Shown: piece by piece, positions 48,960-62,192 of the stretch
Numbering within the stretch: the first letter of the stretch is position 1
Layout: each line of letters begins with the position of its first letter
DNA from: Tubiluchus corallicola
Lineage: Eukaryota; Animalia; Priapulida
Length of the DNA: 64,000 nucleotides
Direction: 5' to 3'
NCBI GenBank assembly: GCA_030141605.1
Contig: JAQGDQ010000696.1
Location: 1-64,000 of the forward strand
Made by a program: the position numbers and the translations under genes
Notes under the pieces: model-generated
Database searches by the model: none
The model's input: only the letters and a program-made list of their open reading frames with translations
Told to the model about the DNA's origin: nothing

Positions 48960-49700
48960 TAGAAAAATCTAGAGCAGGCTACAAAATACTTAAAGAAATA
49001 TATAATGACGACAGGGAAGCAGGAGGAAAGAATAAATTAACATCTTGCAGACACATAAAATACATACCACGTAGATCCATGATTTATCTTAAGACTATTA
49101 ACAATAAAAACATAGAAATAATGTCTGTGTTGGGGACATTACATAACAAAACTCAGAATAAGCAACCACGAATAACAAAAGGCAGATATATAAATCAACA
49201 AGAAAATGAAAGACAGTGTCCCTTCTGTATCATTAGTAAAGATAGCAAAACTCAATAGAGGATGAATATCACTTCTTATTGGAATGCCCTAGCTGCATGT
49301 AAAGAAATCAAACAAAAATATGAAAATCCTTTTTAGAATTTCACTTTTTAAATGGCTCAGTTTTTTCTACATTTTTGGCTATTTAACTCAAATAGTAAGT
49401 ATGACTTCAACAACTTTGGTAACTTTATCAGCAAATGCATGTAGATAAAAAAAACTCTCTATACAATATTAAACAATAATGAGGAATGCTGGTCGGACAT
49501 AACTGGTATTATTTTGTCTAATGTAAAATATTGGCTTTTTATGCTAATGTTAATTGTGTTTGTACATATTTTTTGTATATATACATGTGTTAACTTATTG
49601 AAGTACTTTGTTAGTAATTGTAGCTAAGTCAAAGCTCATTTTGCCAATGTATGTAGTTTACTCACATTTTTGCAAATAAACTAAATTTAATTGAATTGAC
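48960..49700 (+). mobile_element. LINE ORF2 C-terminal fragment with 3' UTR and (AATTG)n tail
   Basis: RQCPFC...IEDEYHFLLECP with a frameshift; ends aataaactaaatttaattgaattg. Confidence 0.6.
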
Positions 49701-50272
49701 ACCGTGATATTCGGAAATCCGTATTCACTCGAGTTTAAAATAGCAGACCCTTATACCAGATTCTAACAAATGCCTTAGAGATATCACAAAGGTACCTCTG
49801 ACATAAAATTTTTTAGTGGGTTATTGTTTGGACTCACATAAAAGTGTTCAGAAACTGGGTGAACGAGAAGCATACTACGCAGAGTGTTTAAGTAGTAAAT
49901 TACACTAAAGATCACACTACATTAAACACTAAAGATTACAGTAGCAAATTAGTAATTCAAAGCACGTTACTTGTCTGCAGAATTATTGTAAAGACAAAAA
50001 TAGTATCTTGTATGCAGAACACTTAGATGTCATCATGATGTTATAATTAATGTAAACACACTAGTCTTATTATGTAATGATATTAACATCATGCATGCAA
50101 TGTCTTCTATTTCCAATAAACATCTTTCATACCCAGTTTTTTTGGCTTACACAGTGATAGTGTCTACTCCATACATCTGACATCACGAGCCACAATAACA
50201 TAACAAAACAACAAAAATAAACATTTTAGAACCTTAACTAGTGCACTCAGTTGGATAACAATTAGTGTGTAG

Positions 50273-50589
50273 TAAGGGTGAGCAATCGTTATCAGAAAAC
50301 GAATTTGAATCGAATTTGCGACTTTCGAATTCGAATCGAATTCGTATTGAGTTTGAAAGATTTTCGAACCACTAGTAAAAAGTGGCTTACAATGATCATG
50401 ATATTGATTTTCTTCTACTAGTTCCACTATTAGTTTGTTAAAAATTTTGTACGGAAACTGCAGCTAAATTGTGTTACATGCTGTTTCAATCATTTTAATG
50501 ATGAAGAATGTATGTGGCTGAAGTGTTGAATTATTCGAATCTATAATTTTAGGTTCGAATCGAAGTCGAACTTTCAATGCTCATCCCCA
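50273..50589. mobile_element. hAT-type MITE (TAGGGATG-type termini, TTCGAA subterminal repeats)
   Basis: taagggtgagc ... gctcatcccca; 8-bp flanks gtgtgtag and atatgtag (6/8). Confidence 0.65.
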
Positions 50590-51354
50590 ATATGTAGTGA
50601 GTAGTGGTCACATGTTACGCACTTCGTAGTGTATGGCTAAAAACGCAAGCACTTCAGGAAATTAGTTAGATTTCCCTTGTTGCTTTTGTAGTCCTGAGGC
50701 CGATTGGTTTTCGTTTTTCCGAATTTGGAATTTTGAAGTTTTTTTGGATAATAGTTTATTTTCTTCTTTAAGTTGACCTTTGGTTTGCTTGGTGCAATTT
50801 CGTATAACGCGATTCATTTAGTCGAGGTTGTAGTTGGTAGAGTGAGGTGATAGGTAGGTATATTTTTTAGACTTTGTGTCAAATTGGTATCCGTGGTTCG
50901 TTATTCTTTCATTCCCTGCCATTAATTTAATTTTGTTTGCAGGCTATTACTATCTCACTAGGTTGTGTTACTGGCCCTGGTCACTGACCCACCCCATTTT
51001 ACACTTGATCCTCTTGACCAAATTGGCGAGCAACCTGACTTGTTAACCCTTCTCTTTAAATACGTCTCTAACATGTCCAATTCTGTTTTGGAGAGATTGG
51101 TCCTAGTCTCGGTATTAGTATTGTTTGTTGTAGATGGAACTACCGTATTTTTGTGTAACATTACCAATAGCCAGCACACCAGAACTATGAATTTCATTTT
51201 CTCTCCTTTTTTCAGATAGTATTAGTAATTATTTTTAGCTATGAACCAATCTTTCACATATATTTGTACTCCTTAGCTTGTTCAATTTCTCCATTATTTA
51301 CATTCAGTCATTTACCATTACCATTATTGTCGAAGGACAGAGATTAATTATAAC

Positions 51355-51500
51355 CAGATGGATTAGTCTAGTGGTAACGCATCCACTTTCCAGCTGGGAG
51401 GTCGTGAGTTTGATACAGCAGCCGGGTCATGCCGAAGACTCTAAAGATGGTACCTGCTGTTGCCATGCGAGATGCATGGTATTTAGGGTAAAAGTGGGGT
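51355..51500 (+). mobile_element. tRNA-derived SINE with a Meta-domain-like core
   Basis: A box tagtctagtgg (51364-51374), degenerate B box gagtttgataca, then ccgggtcatgccgaagactctaaagatggtacctgctg, which resembles the MetaSINE core as recalled (not searched). Confidence 0.55.
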
Positions 51501-51769
51501 AATAATAGTCTCTATTATGTAGTTGTAGTTTGTTTACAGCCGGCACAAAAGCTCTTTGGAGCTTATGTTGATTGTTGATCCAAAAGCTGACTTTAAATAA
51601 AGATGATTATTATTATTAAGCATAATTACTTATTAACCTCTCCACTCTTCCTTGTTTACTTTTTTGAAATAAAAAACCTGTGGTCCCACTGTGATCGTGA
51701 AGTGTGGCAAAAAACTTCCTGTTGGCACAGTGGCAACCTAGGATCCATATATTTTTCTGGATTATATTA

Positions 51770-52250
51770 CCAGTGTTTATCAAGGCTAAGCTTGAACTGG
51801 GCAGGATTAGAGGCTTGTGTGTCAGGTAGTTTGTTCCACTCATCAATTACTCGCATTGAAACGTTTCCTTCCTTCTGCTCCACCTGTTGAACACTGTTCT
51901 CTTCTTAATTTTGTAGCAGTTTTTTACTAATCCTTTCATATTTTGTTTTTTTATCATATTAATTATTGTATACTTTCTTTTTTTATAAGAGAATTCATCA
52001 TTGAGTTTCTATTTCTCTAAAATCTCCACAACTTTACCATTTTTGCACTGCCAACTGACAATACATCATCTACGTGTAGCTGTATACCTATAAGTAAGTC
52101 AGCGATTATATTGTTATTCAATGAAATACCACATAGTACCTGTCCAATTTGTGTGCCTTGCTAGATGTTTTCCACTAATTTACTTCCCATAAATCCAGTA
52201 GGTGTATCAATTATGGAAAGAGTAATTTAATTTGTACATTGAATGATTAT
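51770..52250 (-). mobile_element. Decayed LINE fragments (CR1 tail and RT core)
   Basis: Minus strand IDTPTG...QGTQIGQVLC...LHVDDVL and FKLSLDKHW. Confidence 0.5.
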
Positions 52251-52864
52251 GTTAATATTTAACATTAAATTGAGATGTCATGGCCATGCATTTTCGTCAG
52301 TTTGATGGTAATTTTCATCCACCATCTTCAGCTGTTTATTGACTCATGCATCTATTAAGTCAATTGTGTACCATCCTTGCAGTATGTTGCACCACAGGAC
52401 ACCCTGAGGTGGTACATGAATTAGTGAGGGGATACAAGGCAAGGTTGTATTAGCGGTATAGTGCATGGGAATGCCAAAACAAGCACCACCTCGTCCCGGT
52501 AGTATGAGTTTATTATTCAAGAATTTTTAGATAATAGTTCCACATCAGGCTTAGATGTTAAAACCTATTAGATTTTAGTTATTTCCACGTGGGACCGCTG
52601 TACTGAAACCTATTTCCAAGGTCATTTTTCAAGTCAAAATTGGGTTTTTGAAACTTATTAAATTTTAGTTGCATTTCCAAGTTGTAGTTGGATGTTGAAA
52701 ACCCATTCCCTGATTAGACTTTCACGTTAAAACATATTTAATTAATACTAAGGCGTCTAACTCCTTATACATCACTGCCCCTTACATAAACTTTGTTGTA
52801 ATATACTGCCCTCAAAATACACTGTTACAATATAGTGCCACGAATGGGCACAGACTTTTGATAC

Positions 52865-53990
52865 ACTCATTTATGCATGCTTAATTGACTTTTCGAAAGC
52901 ATTCGATAGAGCTAACATTTTGATCTTGTTTGAGAAGCTTGAAAATTCAAACAAAGTACCAATTAAAGCTTTAGCTTTTTTACTTAAACTTTCATATGTG
53001 TGAAAGAGTTAGAATTCACCAGAATGTATTACAACAAATGGAGTAAGGTAGAGAAGTGTTTTATCTGGGATTTTATTCACCCTGTACATCGATGAATGTT
53101 AATGAGACTTCGAAGTGCAGCAGTGGAATGTCATCTTTTAAACAAATTTGTAGGAGCATTAGGTTATGCAAACGATGTAGCACGCTTGCACCAAGTGTAA
53201 TAAATTTAAAAAAGATCTAAATCTTTGCGCTGAATTTGCAAATAATGACATGTTATTTAACATATGAAAATCCAAATGCAATTGTGGTGTAACTTTAAAC
53301 TCGCATAATCAAGTATCTCATTTAGGCCACCAATTTACATATAATCTGTCTCAGTCTTCAGACGTAGTAAGGTGCATGCATGATTTCATTAAAGCTATGA
53401 ATTCATTACTGTGTTTTTTTTTCAAATCTGTGAGTAACAAATGTGTGTTGCTTAGATTGTTTAATGCTTATTGCTGTGCATTCTATAGCATCTCAGTTTT
53501 TAACTTAACTCACAGAAGTGTAAAATTGATGATTGTTGAATATCAAAAGGTATTGCGTGGCATGCTTAGCATACCATATAACTCACAGTCTAGCATGACG
53601 ATAACGATTGCCAAACTTCCTTCTTTGAATTTTTGATAACTAAGAGAACATTTAAACTGTTGGCATGTATAAGTTCAAAAAGTTCTGTTTTAAAGACACT
53701 TTCTTTTAAACATGAATTCTGCTTGTACAACCCTCGGAATGAATAGGATGTTTATCTCGCAAAATATTTCCAGTCTTAGTGACGCTGCTACTACTAATCA
53801 TGATATATTTGCTTACGAGCTTTACTGGCTTACTGAAGGGAAAAACCACCTACCTGGTATTTTGTACGATACAATTCGTCAGATTTTGTATTATATTATA
53901 ACTAACTAATGTAAATGCTCTTGTAATTTATTACTAATGAATATTTATGAATTGCACTATTATAATATGTAATATGTGTGAATAAATCCT
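52865..53990 (+). mobile_element. Decayed RTE-X-like LINE (RT to 3' UTR)
   Basis: CLIDFSKAFDRAN, GV...VLSGILFTLYIDE, LGYANDVA, HLGH, LFNAYCCAFY; AATAAA followed by (TA)n. Confidence 0.8.
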
Positions 53991-56099
53991 ACATATATAT
54001 TATATATTTATTCAGAAATGTGATCAATGTTGATAGATTGCTCTCTTCTCTGAGCAATCAACTTTGAATCAACTGTGAGCCAAAATGATGGTCAGGAATT
54101 AAACCGATTAGCACAGATTTTCCGATAGTTATTTAGAACAAAGTAAAATTAACTTAAGTCAGTTATAAATTTGTCGTCATTAGATAAACAGCAAACAGGT
54201 ATGCTCGATGAAGCAATTAATTCCCTTTGAAGCAGAGTCAAGGTGTTCATGTAACAGATGTCACAAAGCTAAAATACATTATGCTCACCGATCTCCATGG
54301 TCATGTTTGTAAATTGTGGCCGAGCATGCACACATGCTTACCAACATTTGTTGCTACCAACTGCATCGACTTAAAATCTCCCACATCGCTAGAACAACAT
54401 CAGTTTAAATCTGGGCATTCAGCTGCATTGTAACTCTAAATCAGTCAGCAATCTCAGGATAACATTTATAGGTAGTAACTTGTTAAGTAATCAATTAACT
54501 TGCCAATCTTGAGTGTTAACAGCTCATTTGCAGCTCTGCCCACACAAAGTCTAAAATCTAAGTAAGTTCAATATTAATTTTTGAAGTTTGAAGTTTTTAG
54601 CATGTGGTGAACTAATATTCTAAACAGTGCTAATAATGGCAGTATATTACCTCCTGAGAAGGAAGAAGATTACCAAATGATGCCTTAAAATGCCCAGAAA
54701 TAGTAATAAGGTGTATACTGGAATAAATGCATACTTACAGTGGCAGAAGTGCTAGTTACAGATGACATGAGGAATTCCTGTGAACTAGTTTCTAGTGAAT
54801 TTTCTTTGGACAGTTGACTAAGCGCTTAATCACAAATTAACCTGATTGGTTATTACTTATTGCATTATGTGTAAAATTTTGCACACTGTGTTTGCCATTT
54901 AATTCTGTAGGACAATAACTTATATCGCAAATTATGTTTAAAACGGTTTAATGCTTAATATGATTTTTCATCTCATTGACAATGTTAATTAATGCAAAAT
55001 TAGATTTTAAATTTAAAACGGTCTTAATTTGCCAATCCTAATTATTTTTTGATAATTGTATCTACAACTTGATCTGTTTTAGAAAGTGATATTCCTGATT
55101 TTGATAAGTGATTGTATTAATTTCATTTTGCGTTTGCTACATTCTATTTACAATTTTATAATATTAATTGTTTTATGACATATTTGAGTTACTTGCCTGA
55201 TGCATTTGTGAGCTCTTTAACATGACAAATTGTTTTATCGGTATTTAATATAACCTAAACAAATAGTCAAAAACGTTTTGTGATTGCTTAATATTAAGTT
55301 AATACGTTTCCTGTAACATCTGCAAATTTGCAATATTTTTAAACTACTACATGTATATAAATTATATTTTTAAACAGCACTAAGGCTTTTTTATCTTTCA
55401 TAATTTTAATTATTAGGTTGCCTGTATAGTTTTCTTTCTGAAAAATACTAAATTTATAATCTTAATAAATTTTTGTATGAATTTGTACAAATCTATAAAA
55501 TATGCGTTTTATGCACTTTAGTTTGTGTTATACATATAATTCACAGTCTAATCTAGTTAAAAACTCCTTAATCTAACATGCAATATCTAAAAAATAAAAC
55601 GTTTAGCATTAGGTTAATATATGCAAATGTGCTATACTTTTAAATTACTATATAAATCTAAATTTTTAAGCAGCGAACAGTCAAGGCTTTTCATGCTGGT
55701 ACTTTAAGTAATTTTTCTTGTTCGGTTGGCCTTTTTCTCACGAAGTACTCTCTTGTAAAATCATACTTCACATCTCAATAAATTTTCGTATGAGTTCTGT
55801 TAGTGGTTGTAAAAACAGGGTGTATGTATCATAAAATGTGGTGTGGGCTATGATAATTATGAGAAGTTAGTGTATGAAATGGGTGGGCTTTTGGGTTTAC
55901 TCTTCTATAAACCAGTAACGATCTTCCTTATAAATACCACGCAATTGTTGAAGGAAAGATAAAGTTCGTGTGCACGACCTTTTATAAATATCTGACATTG
56001 TACAAGTTTACTGTTTTAGTTTTGGAAGTAACCACAGTTGAGGTTTGATTCGCTACAGTACTGTTTTGTTGTAGTTTTGTCGTAATTTTGAGAATAATA

Positions 56100-57326
56100 C
56101 GGAAGTGCTGACTCAAAATCTGCAGCTTACTGTTCGCACGTGTGGAGAAGCTGTTTTCTGAATGACTCATTGAAAGTTTCATTTGAAACCTGCAGCCGAC
56201 AACGCCTACTATATTTCCTGGATCGGTTAAATACGCCTGGTCGCTCACCAGTTCTATAATCTATATGGTCAAGGTTTGGGCGCTTACATGGCAGAAATCA
56301 TTGCTTCCGTTGCGTAAACAAATTATTAAGACGGCCGTCGTAAAAAACTGTGCGTCACTAAGCGATTGTTACGTCACTTTGATATTTACCTGCCTTGCGC
56401 TGGGGCTGTAATGTAGGGCTTCATTTCCCTGATCGATAATCTGGAGGCGGCTATATGAACACCTCGTTAACTGCGTGAAGCCAATCGTAACATTACCCAC
56501 GTATATTATTCACAGTTTGTTAACTGCAAACAAAGTCGGTTAACCGCCGCCAGAGGGGCTGATACTGCCTTTCCGGTGACCTAGATTCCCATTTTCGTAG
56601 AACACACGTGCCGCTTGAATTTCAGCCAGTGACATAATTAGAGAAAATTGCAAGTAGATTCAGTATTCTCCGTCAATGTACGTTGTTCCTATATTATTGC
56701 TCGAGAACTGCTATACGATGTTTGTTTTATAAATTTCAAATTGGCATGTGGCGTGACTGATCGCTTAAGTAAAGCTTTTATCTCTGATGAACATTCTTGG
56801 CTAAGTTCATGAAATTTCCGTTTAAGACTTCTTGCAATCTTTCACTACCGGTTTGTCCTCCTACTCTTCCGACTAGATCAATTAAATGCCCCCTTGTGAT
56901 ACAGACTAATGTCACCCGCCCACCGACAACCTTTTCTAAATTCGGTAATTAGATAGTTAGTAATGACATTTTTTATACCTGGCATTCATTGCCCGTGTAT
57001 GATACGGAAGCTTTGATAAGCTGTTAGCTAGTGCGACTGTAGAAACTGCAGCAGCCTCGGCTCGAGTTTGAAGCCTGCACTATTTGCAAGCCTGCCTTTG
57101 CCCGGGCAGACGATGATTGTATGATGTCAATAGCTGTGCTTACGTCACGCGCGCATGGGGTATTCCTGCAGCTTACATATAAAGCCTTGCACTACTTCAG
57201 GCATCTTGTGATGCGATGTGTGGTTACAGTGTATCTTTCAGTTATAGAAGATGGATTGAATCGAATGTGTAGGCAGTTGGTTTATTATGTCGCGTGTGAA
57301 TTTGTGGCAAGATGTCTAGCGTGTGG
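56100..57326 (+). promoter_or_regulatory. Candidate promoter and first non-coding exon of the zinc-finger gene
   Basis: CpG-richer unique DNA with TGACTCA x2, TTACGTCA x2, CACGTG x2, GGGGTATTCC (57157-57166), TATAAAG (57178-57184) and a GTAAGA donor at 57327. A further candidate UTR exon starts at 60632. Confidence 0.5.
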
Positions 57327-58939
57327 GTAAGAACTTAGTTTCAGGGGTAACCACAGTACTCTCTTTTCTTGATGCACGTATGATGATCATCTTAGAAATA
57401 GCAGTTTTATGTAATGTAGACTTCCAATTATTGTGAATGTATTTAACTTAATATTTCCGAATGAAAAATTTTGAAATAATCTTGAATGTGTTGCCTTAGT
57501 TCTCACTAAAGCCATAGAATTTTGATAATTAGATAATTAATTGGAGTTATAGCCTATAAGTATAACTCGTGATTTTTATGGTAATTGATCCTAACTGTTT
57601 ATGATAACTTTTGATGACAACAAGTGTAAATGTAGCTTTCACCCTTAGAATGAACTATTAGCTCCAATGACTGGTATAGTACGGTTATCACTAACTATGG
57701 TTAACAAAAACTTGAGAGCGTTTAAGGGAAGAGCCCGGTGTTTTAAGTTGTAACTTATAGGCTTAGCTAATATAATTTTTCTGATTTTGCAAACACGTTC
57801 TTCATTATTTATCTTACTATATTTAGTAAACAAACATTAAGAAAAATGGTTGTTTGTATGTCATGCTGTATGGTACAAAATTATTAATGTGTAATCAGTA
57901 AGCGTATTCGTTTAAAAAAATTGTATTGTTCACTTTGCTATTAATTAATAAAAGGCATGTATTTTTTCAAATTTTCTGAGAGCAGCTGGTGTAATTTAAA
58001 AAGGGGCTTCAGGCGTTTATATAGCTTGGGGCCTCACCAAATCTAAATCTGAAACTGATATTCCCCATACTGTTACATTTTGAATTAGCATTTAACACTG
58101 CCAGGTTTGCCTTTTTTATTAATAATAATCTGCTGCTAGAGTTACATCTTCTAGAGCTATTTCCGTTGTTTTACAAATAAAATCATCAATCAATATGTTT
58201 TTTCTCCTCCTCTTTTAAGGTCTTCTACATGTCCCTGTATATATGTTGGTACATTCAGCCCTATGTTTACATACCCTAGCTTTATTTTAATCCTGCCATT
58301 GTTTGTGATCAGTCCTATATAAGTTTCATTTACTTTTTCTAAAATATGTGTTATCTTCACAACTATCGTTATATCACCTTTTCTTCATTACAATTATTTA
58401 TGAATTTTTTGTGCCCCGTTGTTTCTGTTTTAAATAGGCATCTTCCTAATTTAAAAATGTTTTATCAAACACATTATCTGTAAATGTTTTTCTTCTAATA
58501 TGAGACTGACACTTTCTTTTTTTCTTTTTGTACTTCTACAGTTTGCATTACCTTTATTTTCACATCCCCTTCGTATTGTTCATACAATATGTTTTCTTTT
58601 TTGTTTTTATTCTCTATCTTTTCTGACTTATTTGCATCTTCATTTTTGCACCGGGTTTCCTAAAAGCACTTTTGTTGTTTCTAACTTGCTAACTCAGTAC
58701 ATATTATTGTTCCATTCGTTTCTCCTTTTTTCCTGGCCTCTTCTGCATACTTTGTTTGATCTATTTTCATCCCATCTTCTTCTGTCCCCTTTATCATCAT
58801 TCTTGTCTGGTTTTTACTGTTTTTCTCGCGTGTTTAAATTTGCACTTACTTCATAGAGACAATGTTTTGCATCTCTCTAGGTTCTACAGCCTGTTGTCAT
58901 TTTGCCAAACCTCTCACATATGTCTGCAGTTTTTCCCAT

Positions 58940-59120
58940 AGTAACATTTTAGCCCTTTTGGTGATATCAACATGTGATATTATTACTTCTGAATTGTTTG
59001 CCTTCTCTTCTTTCATATTACCTGTTTTCGCAAAGTAACATTTTAGCCCTTTTTGGTGATATCAACATGTGATATTGTTACTTCCTGAGTTCTTTGCCTT
59101 CTCTTTCATATTACCTGTTT
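58940..59120. repeat. About 95-bp tandem duplication beside a decayed minus-strand LINE-like tract (~58190-58930)
   Basis: agtaacattttagcccttttggtgatatcaacatgtgatatt...catattacctgttt occurs twice. Confidence 0.8.
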
Positions 59121-62100
59121 CCTCTTGTACTGTCTTAGTGGCATTCGATCCACCCCATACTTTTTTTATATGAAGTGCTAGTATATAGTATATGGCTACC
59201 ACCATTGACAAAGCTCCAACTAACTTCTTGGCGTTTGCATAAGTCATTTTGATCAGTTATTCAACTTTGTGTTTTTTGCCATGGGGTCAGGAACCCATAT
59301 ATCATTACTCCATATTCCATAATCTTCTTGAGAGCTATTTCTTGTAAAAAATGGATTAATCTTATTTTGCAAGTCTCTGTTGTTTGAAACGAGGCAAAGT
59401 ACTTATGTATTAACTGATGGCGCATTACCTTTCAAGGTACCAAACAACTAAGTCTAACAAGCAAAAATGTAGTGATTTTTTTGAAACTTGTGAAACTGGC
59501 AACCGGTGAAACAGTTCCTAGCTTAGTTCAAGTTCTAGTTCTAACACTAGTTCCTAACTTATCAATGTAAACCAAATCTCTAAATTGGTGAGATTATAAA
59601 GCAACTGTAACCAGGAAGTCTTGATACATTTTAATTAAGTAATACTTGATATTTTCAGCTATTTTTTCTTGTCAAATGTAATTATTTTATATGAGGCAGG
59701 AGAGGGGTTAAGAATAAAATCCTTAGCCACCCTAAAAAAAATTTAAACTTGCTGATAGGGCTTCGTTGAGTTGACTTGTTCTTACTCTCTGGTGCTGCAT
59801 TTATATCATATTATCATTCCTGACTATTTACTATAATATGTCTGTAGTCTGTGTGAATGTAAATAAGCCTATTGTTATATAAATATCTGACAATGTTTGA
59901 CAGTTTATCTGTTTGTGTGTGTGAGGTAAAACAACTCTGACTATACTTTTTACATTTGATAAAATTTCTTCGTTTATGTAAATTCTTCGCATTTATAGAA
60001 AGTTGATTACGGAAATTTTAAATATTCAGATGGTAAAACATATATATGTCCACCCAGTTTTCTACTGACCACTCTATTTTTCTAAAATAACACCATTTAT
60101 TTCAGAAAATACATTATGGACGATTGTGCCTATACATTTTTACTCAGAAGGCCAATGTAGGCTTGCAGTATTTAGGCTTAGTGCACAGTACATAATACTA
60201 ACAATTGGCATTCAAAGGTTGTAGCCTGCCCTGTTTCTCTGTGTTGCACTTCGTTCTCTAGCTCTCTAATTTTGACAGCAGTGCTGACTTTTAGAAACCA
60301 GTTATTTTTGACTTTGATGCACAATCAGTTTTGTTCTTTATTTTGAAAAGGTCTATCTATGAACAAAAATAAACGTTTCACAACTCAGAAGTGTCAATAT
60401 ACACTGTAGGTACTTGAAGCTGCACTAGGTGTGCTATTCTCTAATCAGATATTTAGCATCCATGCAAATAGATGCTAATCTAGGTATTATAGTTTTATAG
60501 TCTTATAAGGTCAGGATTAGTTTTTGCACGGAACAATTGAGATTTAGAGTTTAAAGTTCAATGTATTAAGTTATGCAACTTGATTCCAAGTTGGACAAAG
60601 TATTTATTACTCTATATTTTTTTTCCTTTAGGTTAAATGAGTTGTGAAACCGATCAAGAGCATTAACTCCAGGGAGTTGCATGGGAACCATGCTAAGAAC
60701 GAATGGACTTCAGACAATTGTCAGTGTTTTTAATGTAAGGAAGTAAAAATTTATAAATGCAGAAATTATCTTTTCTTGTGTTGTACAATATACGTGCTGC
60801 TTCAGAACTCCCTCTCTAATTTGATTTTTCGTTATCCTTACAACTGTCAACAATGGCATTCTTCTCGTGGTAAACTCTGACTCTGGTAAGTTAGAATTTT
60901 TTAAAGCTTTCTTCCGCTGTCATGCTGACTCTAGAACAGATATGAAAATCGCTGCATAGATATTCAAAAAACAGCATGGCTGTGTGGCATGTACATCTGT
61001 GTTATAAGGTAAGAGTAAGAATAACAGAAATCTATTTACCATAAGGTGAATGTCATTGGTTGATTAGCAGTAAATTGAAAACGAAAGTGATGAGTAACTT
61101 TTAAAATGCCCCAAATTTATAATGGTTTTGCATTGCAGAGTTCAAGATGTTCTTTACAAAAGAATAACAGAAATCTGTGTGAGCTGTGTTTGTGCTACAG
61201 TCTGTTACTGAGTTACTAATGACAAACTAAAATAAATAAAAAAACATGGTTTAAATGTTGCATAGAAATGTTGTGATTTAAATGGCACTTGGTTTCTTCT
61301 GACAGCCTTACAATTTGAAAAATGTACCACTTAATGAAATCCAATTCCATTATTGAAAGCATGCTGCAAGGTACATTCATAGATGTAATCTCATCTTCCC
61401 TAATATCATTTTTACTAAATCATTTCAGAATGACATGTGACATCACAATGTTTCATTAGTGAGTGTGAGCAAAGCTTCTATGCTGGTGTACTTTAGGGGA
61501 GAAAATAATTGTGGGCAGTTACTATTATAATTTCTGTGTATTAGTAACCAAAATATGAACTATTTTGGCAAGCATCTGTGCATCTGAATCAATTATCAGC
61601 CTTATGTGCTAAAGACCAAAAGTGATTTCAAAAAATTGCTTTACTGTATTAATATATGCCTTCATTATTTGAGAGCAATCAATTTCATGTCTGTGTTTTG
61701 CTTTTTAGTGTTCCTATTTAATTTATTTTGCTGGTATGTGTGATAACGTTTTAACAGGGGCTTGTTTGCATGATCCCCCATTAAACTGCAATGACACTTG
61801 AGGAATTTCGTCAACATATTGCATTCATACAAAGCAAATTTGTCCCATTTATTTGTTTGTTTTGTTAAGAGAACTGTGAGTGAGTTAATGAATGTGCAGT
61901 AATGCTAAATTTGCACTAGCTAGCACAGAAAAGAGGCCCAAAGATGAAATGAACATATTACAGACTTACCACTATGTTTGTAAGTTCATAAGACATTGTT
62001 TAATACTGCAGTAAATCATTCAATACATAGCAATCCAACACGTGATTTATACCTTGATTTCTGACACTATTATATATGACGATTCTTACATTTCGTAAAT

Positions 62101-62192
62101 ATTTCTTTTGGTACAAGTATCGTTGGTATTTATAAAGTATAATTGTTACTTTCAGTATGTAATCAGTCAGCCGTCAGTTTGATAGTGAAACG

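Noticed and set aside
52290-52332. CTGAAGA...GAAA hammerhead-like match (minus)
   Set aside because: Helices II, III and I cannot be formed around a correct core.
58500-58941. Hydrophobic 118-aa ORF
   Set aside because: Phe/Leu-rich artefact of the T-rich antisense strand of a decayed LINE-like tract.
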